Origin: Acaryochloris marina MBIC11017
GTDB lineage: Bacteria > Cyanobacteriota > Cyanobacteriia > Thermosynechococcales > Thermosynechococcaceae
Reading direction: 5' to 3'
NCBI RefSeq assembly: GCF_000018105.1
Contig: NC_009930.1
Span: forward strand, 30,001-62,000
Length of the DNA stretch: 32,000 nt
Positions 15,371 to 22,646 of the stretch are shown here, piece by piece (the first letter of the stretch is position 1; the number at the start of each line of letters is the position of its first letter). The notes beneath the pieces were generated by a model. The model did not search any database. It worked only from the letters and a program-made list of their open reading frames with translations, and was not told the origin of the DNA. The translations under genes and the position numbers were made by a program.

Positions 15371-15746
15371 CGTCTATAATCTCCGCACTAATTTGTTGCA
15401 CTGATGGTGTGGCCTTGATTGCCCCGTTTGAGTCTACGGTTCTACCTGGATGGCCTCTTTTTCTAGCCTCCAGCTTTGCCCGGTTCTCTGCCTTCTTCCT
15501 TGCCTTAGTGATGTCTCGAAAGTACTGGCTCAGTGTCTGGTCGTTAATATCGATGCCATTTTTTTCCAACACCTGGGCTATCGTGCCAAATGTATGACCG
15601 TCATCTAGAAGTGATGCAATATCCTCGTACATTTCCTCGATGGCAATCCTACGGCTGATGTCCTCGGATTCTTTCGGTGGGGGTACATTCTGCAATGCCT
15701 GCCTGACATCGGTGAGGATGCTTCGTTTTAACTTTTGTTTTGCCAT
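15351..15746 (-). CDS. Putative HTH DNA-binding protein (relaxosome or partition accessory candidate)
   Basis: The preferred start is ATG 15746 (MAKQKLKRSILTDVRQAL...), preceded by GGAGGAG. The HTH-like segment is GHTFGTIAQVLEKNGIDINDQTLSQYFRDI. A basic helix and an acidic tail follow. It is divergent from the relaxase across the repeat region. Confidence 0.6.
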   Translation of the reverse strand: MAKQKLKRSILTDVRQALQNVPPPKESEDISRRIAIEEMYEDIASLLDDGHTFGTIAQVLEKNGIDINDQTLSQYFRDITKARKKAENRAKLEARKRGHPGRTVDSNGAIKATPSVQQISAEIIDDDDEIQ

Positions 15747-15791
15747 GACTCCTCCATGATTTCTATCGCTATGAGAGTCTACGGAACTACC

Positions 15792-15899
15792 TGTGTTGAT
15801 GCCTGTGTTGATGCCTGTGTTGATGCCTGTGTTGATGCCTGTGTTGATGCCTGTGTTGATGCCTGTATTCATGCCTGGGTCCGTGCCTGTGGTCTTGCT
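15792..15899. repeat. 12-bp tandem repeat: 6 perfect and 3 degenerate units
   Basis: TGTGTTGATGCC occurs 6 times (15792-15863), then TGTATTCATGCC, TGGGTCCGTGCC and TGTGGTCTTGCT. Further degenerate TGCCTGTG(G/T) copies extend to about 16020. Confidence 0.9.
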
Positions 15900-16540
15900 T
15901 GGAAGTTATACGGAGGGAGTCTTGGGAACTGCCTGTGGCTATGCCTGTGGTCATTCTCTGGAGATTCTATGGAAACTGTCTGGGGTTATGCCTGTGTTGG
16001 TGCCTGTGGTTGTACCAGTGTTGGTATCGGGGTTCATTCTCGGAAGTTCCGTATGCTCAAGTGTGGGGGATACCTGAAGGAAGCTTTATTTATTACATGA
16101 CAGGAATCATGATGAGAACTTTTTCACTGCCTGGTGCTGTGCTGGGGTGGGAACATGACGGGTGCTTTTTCGCAGATGGTTTCATTGCATGGTCACTGCC
16201 TTGTTCAATGCCTCATCCAATGCATGGGCTGTTGTGGGGGGAATATACGATGAATACTTTTTTGCAGCTTCTGGGACTGCACGATGGGAATATGACTGGG
16301 GCTTTTGCAATGCTTGGGTCACTGCCTGGGCTGTGGTGTACGGGAAGTCTGTCGGGATGTATGGGCGAGGACTTGTTCGGTGCTTTTTTCGTGATGGGAC
16401 GGGGACTTTTTCGTTGATGTGTTCACTGCATGGTGCTGTTGTGTCGGTGGAGTATGGCGAGGAATTATGGCGAGTGCTGGGGCGGCGCTTTTTTCACGGT
16501 GGGTTGGGTGCTTTTTACACTGCATGATGCTTATGCCTCT
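15900..16540. promoter_or_regulatory. G+T-skewed, repeat-dense non-coding region (candidate oriT or origin region)
   Basis: The intergenic region lies between divergent genes. The plus strand is almost devoid of A-runs and rich in G/T. There are 8 dispersed copies of an RSNRCTTTT(T)(T) motif and two copies of TTCACTGCMTGGTGCTGT (16123-16140 and 16422-16439). Its ORFs are composition artefacts. Confidence 0.45.
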
Positions 16541-16560
16541 GGGTAACGATGCGAATTACA

Positions 16561-16761
16561 AACCGATAACCAAACGAATTTCAAAGTGGATAGACAACAG
16601 GTAGCAAAACAAGTTTCAAACCGATAGACAAACAGATAACAAGACGGACAGCAATCAGGTAACTGAACCGATAGCGATGTGGATTACAAAGTGGATAGCA
16701 ATGAAGTGACTATGTGGACAACAACGAGGTAACTGAGCGGACAGCAATCTAGGTAACCACC
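16561..16761. repeat. Iteron-like degenerate direct repeats abutting the relaxase start codon
   Basis: GGACAGCAATCAGGTAACTGA (16646-16666) and GGACAGCAATCTAGGTAACCA (16739-16759) are near-identical. Interleaved with them are AACCGATAR (3 copies) and GTGGATAGMCAA-type units. Composition flips here to A-rich. Confidence 0.55.
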
Positions 16762-18735
16762 ATGATTTCCAACTCAAAAGTTTCAGGGCGAGGATTAGGG
16801 CATTACCACGCACGTGAGGACGGGCAGGAAGCACCAGGCCATTGGATAGGTCAGGGGGCAAAGGAACTTGGCTTGAATGGAGAAGTCAAACGAGCAGACT
16901 TAGAGGCAGTGGCCCATGGAACTGCACCGAATGGCATGAGGCTAAAGGCCAAACGCTCTCAATGGAGACAAGGCAGTTATCGTAATGGTCATCGTGCAGG
17001 TACGGATGCCACCTTCAGTCCACCAAAGTCCGTATCTATCATCGGGTTAGTGGGCGGGGACAAAAGAGTGATCGAAGCCCATGAACATGCAGTACTAGAC
17101 ACATTGAAGGAGATAGAAGAAACCTGTTCAATTGCCAAGATACGAACGGGTGGCATTCGTAGAAACGAAGTGACGGGCAAACTGATTATCGCCAAGTTTG
17201 ATCACAGGACGACTCGACCGAACGATCAGGGTATCCCCATGCCACAGATCCATACACACAGCCTGATATTCAACTCGACAAAGTGCAAGGATGGCAAGTG
17301 GCGTAGCTTGGAGAACTGGAAGTTCTTCAGGACGGATAAAAAGCGATTGCGAAGGCACTATATCAACGGGTTAGGAGAAAGACTCAAAGAGATAGGCTAT
17401 CGAATTAAATCCGAGCGTGATGGACTTCACTTCCAGGTAGAGGGCATAACGAGAAGCCAGGAACTGGCCTACTCTGAACGGACCAAAGAAATAGAACGAG
17501 AACTGGGTGAAAGTGCCAATGGGGTCAGATACAAGAAAGGCAGATTCGCGGCATTGAAGACGAGAAACCCAAAAGTACCCTTTGAGCATGAACGGGTGCA
17601 TAAACAATGGAAGGAGATGGCATATCGGGAAGGCATTGCCTTTGATAGAGTCCCTGGTTTAGTCCGTACACCTAAGGAGATACCCTTACCGACACGAGTC
17701 AGACTTGAACTCAAGTGTCTACAAATCTCTCACCGCATCAAAGCTCAAGTAAGCAGAGTGCATGAGGTCTGGGATAAAACACATGGCAAGGTCGATATCA
17801 GTCATTACAGTGATGCTGACTTGATGAAGTTACTTCAACCGAAACATCTCAGTGATAAACACTGGAATGAATTGGTGGTTGAGAGCAGCATCGAACCTGC
17901 AATCGCCAGTGCATCCTTTGAGACAGTTCCAGGTGAAGATGCCGTTGAATTGGTCTTGGGTAAGAAACTGGAGTCTCTGGGGGGCTATGCCCAGCAATAC
18001 GTCACCAAATCAGTCGAAGGTTTGTTGGATAGCTACAAGCATCTAGAGGATGGCGGCTTATGGTGTCCAGGCAGTGGAGAGTATGGGCAGCTCAAACCAG
18101 AATCCCCCAGGAAGGACGAGAAGGGCAAGACGATTAAATATGAGAATCCTCCAGGGGTTCCCTTGGGGGTGATGCTGCCTGAAGGACCGGGGATTGATTG
18201 GGATGAGATTCGGCGCAACGTCAATGTTCCCGTGGGGATTACGGAGGGGAAGAAGAAGGCGGCGAGTGCATCATCAAGGGGGCTGAATACGATTGCTCTG
18301 TCTGGGATGAATGGAGGGCTAAAGAATGGGGACTTGAGGGACGACTTGAAGGGATTTGACTGGAAGGGCCGCAAGGTCTACCTCGTGTTGGATAAGGATC
18401 CGAGTCATAAGCTGAAGACACTCCGGGATGGGGCAAGGGAGCTGTATAAGCTGGGAGCGATGCTGGATTACTATGGGGCGGATGTGGTGATCGGGACGAT
18501 TCCCGGCAAGCTCAAGGAGAAGGTGGGGCTGGATGACCACTTCTCCAAGGGAAGGACATTGGCCGATCTGAGGTGGCGGTCGGTGGATGATTTTGGGCTG
18601 AACTCTCCGTATCTGACTCAGAAGTACCGTAACCATAACAAGGAACGGATGGAGCGGGGGTATAGCGCCTATGACAATCCCATCGTGAGAGAGGATGGGA
18701 CGAGGAATGATCTGGATTTTGGGTTAGGGCGGTGA
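16762..18735 (+). CDS. MOBF/TrwC-type conjugative relaxase domain fused to a C-terminal Toprim (DUF3854-like) domain
   Basis: N-terminal relaxase hallmarks: GHYHARED...GHWIGQGAKELGLNGEV; HRAGTDATFSPPKSVSIIGLVGGDKRVIEAHEHAV; and the His triad FDHRTTRPNDQGIPMPQIHTHSLIFN. The C-terminal part (about aa 480-600) has a Toprim-like acidic pattern: VGITEGKKKA ... KVYLVLDKDPS ... VGLDDHF. No helicase P-loop is visible. Confidence 0.85.
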   Translation: MISNSKVSGRGLGHYHAREDGQEAPGHWIGQGAKELGLNGEVKRADLEAVAHGTAPNGMRLKAKRSQWRQGSYRNGHRAGTDATFSPPKSVSIIGLVGGDKRVIEAHEHAVLDTLKEIEETCSIAKIRTGGIRRNEVTGKLIIAKFDHRTTRPNDQGIPMPQIHTHSLIFNSTKCKDGKWRSLENWKFFRTDKKRLRRHYINGLGERLKEIGYRIKSERDGLHFQVEGITRSQELAYSERTKEIERELGESANGVRYKKGRFAALKTRNPKVPFEHERVHKQWKEMAYREGIAFDRVPGLVRTPKEIPLPTRVRLELKCLQISHRIKAQVSRVHEVWDKTHGKVDISHYSDADLMKLLQPKHLSDKHWNELVVESSIEPAIASASFETVPGEDAVELVLGKKLESLGGYAQQYVTKSVEGLLDSYKHLEDGGLWCPGSGEYGQLKPESPRKDEKGKTIKYENPPGVPLGVMLPEGPGIDWDEIRRNVNVPVGITEGKKKAASASSRGLNTIALSGMNGGLKNGDLRDDLKGFDWKGRKVYLVLDKDPSHKLKTLRDGARELYKLGAMLDYYGADVVIGTIPGKLKEKVGLDDHFSKGRTLADLRWRSVDDFGLNSPYLTQKYRNHNKERMERGYSAYDNPIVREDGTRNDLDFGLGR

Positions 18736-19115
18736 GGGATAATGCTTGAAAATGAATTCACTAAAAGCACGTTGTAATTTTAAATTCAAAAAAATTTGGA
18801 GAGGGAGAATTTAAACTGATCTGAAAAAATACCCAGTTAAATTTGGCAAGATATTTAACAGTTTACTGATATAAACTCTAAAAAGTATATTTAGGAAAAA
18901 TGTATATATGATTGCTCGGAAATTAGAAAATCTATAAATGATAATTAATAAACCAATATGGTTGAGACTTCAAGATTCATCAATCTCTTAATATTATACT
19001 AAACATAAATCAATGAATTTTTCCAAACCTGCTTGTATATAATTCCTTAGCAATTTAAAATCGATCATAAACGTTTATTGACCTATAAAGTACAGCCATC
19101 TAAATTCTTTTATTC

Positions 19116-19535
19116 ATGACAGAATCTGAATATCTAGAGAAAGAAGCAGAATATACAAGAGCAGCTGTTTTGACCTTAATCGATAAGATTGAAGAGTTAG
19201 AACGTTATGCTTTGATCACTACAGGGGCAATTTGGAGTTGGGCAGCCGCTAACAACCAAAGCTCTGCTATTCATTATCTTCTCTGGTCGCCATTTTTTAT
19301 TAATTCACTTTTTGCTTTTCGTGCTTATGTAAAGTGGAGACATTTAAAACTACACATGGAGTATCTCGCTAATCTCGAAAGTAAACTAGACCTAAAGATA
19401 TCAATTGGAATCGGCAACACAACATTAAAAAAATGGGGAAAACTTGCTGAGAAGACTGGCTCTTCTTTCTGGATCATACTGGTTTTAGTCAATTTTTTTG
19501 TATCCCTATTTGCACCGTCTCTCATCACTTCTTAA
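19116..19535 (+). CDS. Hypothetical 3-TM membrane protein in an AT-rich island
   Basis: 139 aa. An N-terminal amphipathic helix is followed by the hydrophobic segments ALITTGAIWSWAAA, IHYLLWSPFFINSLFAF and FWIILVLVNFFVSLFAP. The gene and its 375-bp upstream region are visibly much more AT-rich than the flanks. Confidence 0.5.
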   Translation: MTESEYLEKEAEYTRAAVLTLIDKIEELERYALITTGAIWSWAAANNQSSAIHYLLWSPFFINSLFAFRAYVKWRHLKLHMEYLANLESKLDLKISIGIGNTTLKKWGKLAEKTGSSFWIILVLVNFFVSLFAPSLITS

Positions 19536-19597
19536 AGTTCGTTTATATCATTGATCATGCTGCATATAGCTTTCATGCTCAGACTGTAGAATTCCCT

Positions 19598-19936
19598 CTA
19601 CTTCCCCGTCCGCTTCGGAGCATATCGCCAGCCCCCATGCAGCAGCCAAGTGCGATATTCTCGCTCCTTTCTTTCAGCCTCCCTCTTAGCCTGCACCTCC
19701 GACGTATTCAAACACCAATCACTCAACAGTGGGGCATACTTCGCTGTCTTCTTGATGCAGCTTTTCTTCGTCCGCATCCCGAGCTTGTACTCAAAGGCTG
19801 CTTGAATGCCCTCACCGCTATATGTCACGACAATTATGGGGATGACCAGCATCAAGGTATAGGTCACGATTTGGGCGTAGATACCAAAAATTGGATTGCA
19901 GGAGATTACAAAGTATTCATATCTTCTATAGCTCAT
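19598..19936 (-). CDS. Small membrane protein overlapping the 3' end of the T4CP gene
   Basis: The 112-aa ORF starts 11 nt before the T4CP stop. Hydrophobic core: IFGIYAQIVTYTLMLVIPIIVV. The C-terminus is basic. Confidence 0.4.
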   Translation of the reverse strand: MSYRRYEYFVISCNPIFGIYAQIVTYTLMLVIPIIVVTYSGEGIQAAFEYKLGMRTKKSCIKKTAKYAPLLSDWCLNTSEVQAKREAERKEREYRTWLLHGGWRYAPKRTGK

Positions 19937-21593
19937 CGTCTTCAGACACCTCTTTCTTTGCGAGGGGTAACATTTCAGCGGCGTATTTCGTTCTCAACCG
20001 AATGTCTTCTTGAGTGTACGGTTTAGATCGACTCGCCGAGATCAGCTCTGGCCGCATATGGGTTTTCCATCGTTGCTCCGATAGCTGAATGATTCTCTGG
20101 TTCTTCTCAGGGACTCGGATCCGACGCTTGACGGGGATAAATGCCTCCGTCTTCGTCTCAAATCCAGGTGACACCATCAATGCTGTCCCTTGGGGCATCC
20201 GATTGATCTCCGTGGCCTCTAACGCCAATTTCACCTTGACCTGATCCGAGACATTACTAGAGCTACCACCCTTGTTTCTCCCTCTAGACTTCAGGGTGTA
20301 ATCCACCTCAATATCCCCCGTCCACTTCGCCATCTGATGAGCAACGTTGATGTTGTTGGGGTTCATAAAGGCTTTAGTCGGTGAACCCGTATAGATAATC
20401 TCTGCCCCTTCTTTGCCATATCTTTCAATCAACTGGTGAACCGACTGAAAGCCTAAGATGCCACAGAACCCATCCTCTCTCCCTTCACTCAGCCAGTTCT
20501 TGATTTTGGGCAGGGTCAGGGCTGGCAACTCATCACAGAAAAAGGCCAGGGGTGTTTCCCTCGGTTGGGTGAGATTAAGCTCAATGACAGCATGAGCGAA
20601 CATGCCGATGGAAGGCGACAGCACCTCTTTGTAGGCTCGGTTGAGACCAATAATCAGCATTTGCTTTGGCCCCACATCGAGGGGGACCGTTGTTTTCCCG
20701 ATAATTGAGGGCAGAAACTCTAGTGCCGTCATCTTGTCTAGAAGCTGGAGACAGGTGGACAGGAGAGCCGTAAACTGTCTAGCGTTGCGTTGGGCCGCAA
20801 TCACTTGCCCAAACATGGCAAAGATGGAGGGGGGAATCTGGTCTCGGTTGTCTTTCAGTCGTTGGGGCAGATCATCGAGAGACAGCATGGCTCTCAAGGT
20901 GAGGATATCGGCATACTTCCAGGTCTTAATCAGGCACAGTCCCGCCGCTAAAGTCTGGGTACTGGCATCGTCCCAGAACTTATCCCCTTCACTTTGAACC
21001 TTGGACTGCACCATATTGAGCTTGGCGACCTTGATGATTTCTTCCGCTCGGATGGTATCGATGGGGGACCGTAGTAAATCAACGGGATTAAGGGTGCCCG
21101 TCTCTGGGAAGGTGGGAGCTAAGACTCCGACCTCATACCCACACCGTTTGGCATAGTCGGCAATCCTGGCCGTCTGTTTGGGGTATTTGAAATCGACCAT
21201 CACACAGCCCCATCCCTGAAAGACCACAGAGAGCATGAACTGATTGAAGAAGGTGAAGGATTTACCGCTGTCCGGTCCACCCTCGACCAAGATTCCCGGT
21301 AATACCCGTCGAAACCAGATGGTGTCTTTGGATTCTGGGTCACCCAGCCAGAGAACGGACTTGTTTAAAGTGGTGCCGAGTTCTTTGATGCCTTGTCTCC
21401 TAGCTCGGTCCAAAATGGCTTGGTCTCCGATACCTCCCTTCGCTAGTTTCTTCTTCTTGCCCTGGTAGTTTTTGGCAATGACGGCAACAAGGACTAGAAA
21501 GCCAAGCAGGATAAAGTCCGGGGCATTCTGTCTAAACCATTTCGATTCAAAGAAGGTGGGTTGTTGGGTCGTGGTATTGGCATTGGTATACAT
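19926..21593 (-). CDS. Type IV coupling protein (TraG/VirD4/TraD-like conjugative ATPase)
   Basis: An N-terminal TM helix (FILLGFLVLVAVIA) is followed by Walker A (VEGGPDSGKSFT) and Walker B (LAFFCDELPAL). The gene has T4CP-like length and sits on the same backbone as the relaxase. Confidence 0.8.
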   Translation of the reverse strand: MYTNANTTTQQPTFFESKWFRQNAPDFILLGFLVLVAVIAKNYQGKKKKLAKGGIGDQAILDRARRQGIKELGTTLNKSVLWLGDPESKDTIWFRRVLPGILVEGGPDSGKSFTFFNQFMLSVVFQGWGCVMVDFKYPKQTARIADYAKRCGYEVGVLAPTFPETGTLNPVDLLRSPIDTIRAEEIIKVAKLNMVQSKVQSEGDKFWDDASTQTLAAGLCLIKTWKYADILTLRAMLSLDDLPQRLKDNRDQIPPSIFAMFGQVIAAQRNARQFTALLSTCLQLLDKMTALEFLPSIIGKTTVPLDVGPKQMLIIGLNRAYKEVLSPSIGMFAHAVIELNLTQPRETPLAFFCDELPALTLPKIKNWLSEGREDGFCGILGFQSVHQLIERYGKEGAEIIYTGSPTKAFMNPNNINVAHQMAKWTGDIEVDYTLKSRGRNKGGSSSNVSDQVKVKLALEATEINRMPQGTALMVSPGFETKTEAFIPVKRRIRVPEKNQRIIQLSEQRWKTHMRPELISASRSKPYTQEDIRLRTKYAAEMLPLAKKEVSEDDEL

Positions 21594-21596
21594 ATA

Positions 21597-22049
21597 CTAT
21601 CTCCCATCCCTACCTGTGCGTTCTAGGGTCTTCTCATGGTTGCGATGGATGCTAGCGGCCTCAGATCGAGTGATGTCATTGGCTTGAACGAATCCTTTCC
21701 TGAGTTCTAGGGCTGGTTTGTCCTGGCCGTTGCGAATGAGCCTGACGTTGCGGGCATTCTTGCTCTCAATGATGAAGTTCTTTCCTCGGAACACATAGCG
21801 GCCATCCGTGAGTCGTTTGCCGTTCTGCTTATTGATTTCATGGAGCTTGCGGCCTAGCTCTCTGGGTTTGCGACTGAATTTGTCCTTACCTTTTCCCTTA
21901 TCATCCTTGGCTTTGTTGTCTCGTCCCTTGTTGTCCTTCTGGAGAGGAAAAGCATTGGCTAGAAGACCGAATACGATTTGATTCATTTCTCTAGCCAGTT
22001 CAGTGGCCTCATACTTTCTGACGCCAGTGTATTCATCTGAGTTGGGCAT
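21597..22049 (-). CDS. Hypothetical Lys-rich protein upstream of the T4CP gene
   Basis: The 150-aa ORF ends 3 nt before the T4CP start. It contains a KDNKGRDNKAKDDKGKGKDK low-complexity stretch. No domain recognised. Confidence 0.5.
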   Translation of the reverse strand: MPNSDEYTGVRKYEATELAREMNQIVFGLLANAFPLQKDNKGRDNKAKDDKGKGKDKFSRKPRELGRKLHEINKQNGKRLTDGRYVFRGKNFIIESKNARNVRLIRNGQDKPALELRKGFVQANDITRSEAASIHRNHEKTLERTGRDGR

Positions 22050-22114
22050 GATGGATCCTCATAGAGTGCTGTTTGAGGATACGGATTCATTGAAATCGTC
22101 CTTTCAAATGATGC

Positions 22115-22447
22115 CTATGGGACGTTTGCCGTTGCCGCCGCTTTGATTCCCTCTAGCTTGCTGGGATCCGGGAGATGATCCAGAGGATTGAGATTGCGGC
22201 TCTCACAGCGCTTGAGATGAATCGCCGTGGCATCCAAGGCCAAATCAATGGGGAGATAGCGCATAAAGTACTCACGGGTCTGCTGTTCCGTGGGGTTGTT
22301 AGCCACAGAGTAAAGCAGTTTCTCTCCCGCATAGAATCGGACTCGATACATCTTGCCCCCATAGCTCAGCATCCAGTTCGTCCAATCCTGCCCTCGTTTA
22401 CGGATGAATTTCTCTGAGCTGCACAAGGTCGCTTGGGCTTCGTCCAT
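22115..22447 (-). CDS. Hypothetical protein, first gene of the T4CP operon
   Basis: 110-aa ORF with normal composition. No domain recognised. Confidence 0.45.
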   Translation of the reverse strand: MDEAQATLCSSEKFIRKRGQDWTNWMLSYGGKMYRVRFYAGEKLLYSVANNPTEQQTREYFMRYLPIDLALDATAIHLKRCESRNLNPLDHLPDPSKLEGIKAAATANVP

Positions 22448-22646
22448 CTTCTATTAGACGACAATCGAGCTGACGGATTAATGACGATGTCACGTCGGCT
22501 ATAGCTATGAAGAAACCAAGCATCCCCTGAGAAGGATAAAACTAGATCTCAATTCCCTAGAAATGATGTGTGAGATCGCGTTTCTAGAATTCAATCTCAA
22601 GAAAAAAGACACTTTTTACATCCCTAATCAATAGAGGGCTGTACAA

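Noticed and set aside
15747-15872. N-terminal extension MNTGI(NTGI)6... of the 15351-15872 ORF
   Set aside because: The upstream ATG has no ribosome-binding site, while the internal ATG at 15746 is preceded by GGAGGAG. The extension is simply the 12-bp array read in frame. I keep it as a caveat in the findings rather than as annotation.
15735-16604. Six overlapping ORFs (15735-16100, 15793-16077, 15899-16417, 16162-16527 and 16419-16604 on plus; 16319-16525 on minus), rich in Cys, Gly, Trp, Val, Leu and Phe
   Set aside because: They lie in the G+T-skewed repeat region, where the scarcity of A removes stop codons in several frames at once. Their compositions are non-protein-like, they overlap each other, and none has a ribosome-binding site. 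I treat them as non-coding origin or oriT-type DNA.
16989-18636. Seven minus-strand ORFs (and one plus-strand out-of-frame ORF, 17852-18046) inside the relaxase gene
   Set aside because: All are fully embedded in a long ORF with clear relaxase and Toprim motifs. They are typical shadow ORFs with Ser/Pro/Arg-rich translations.
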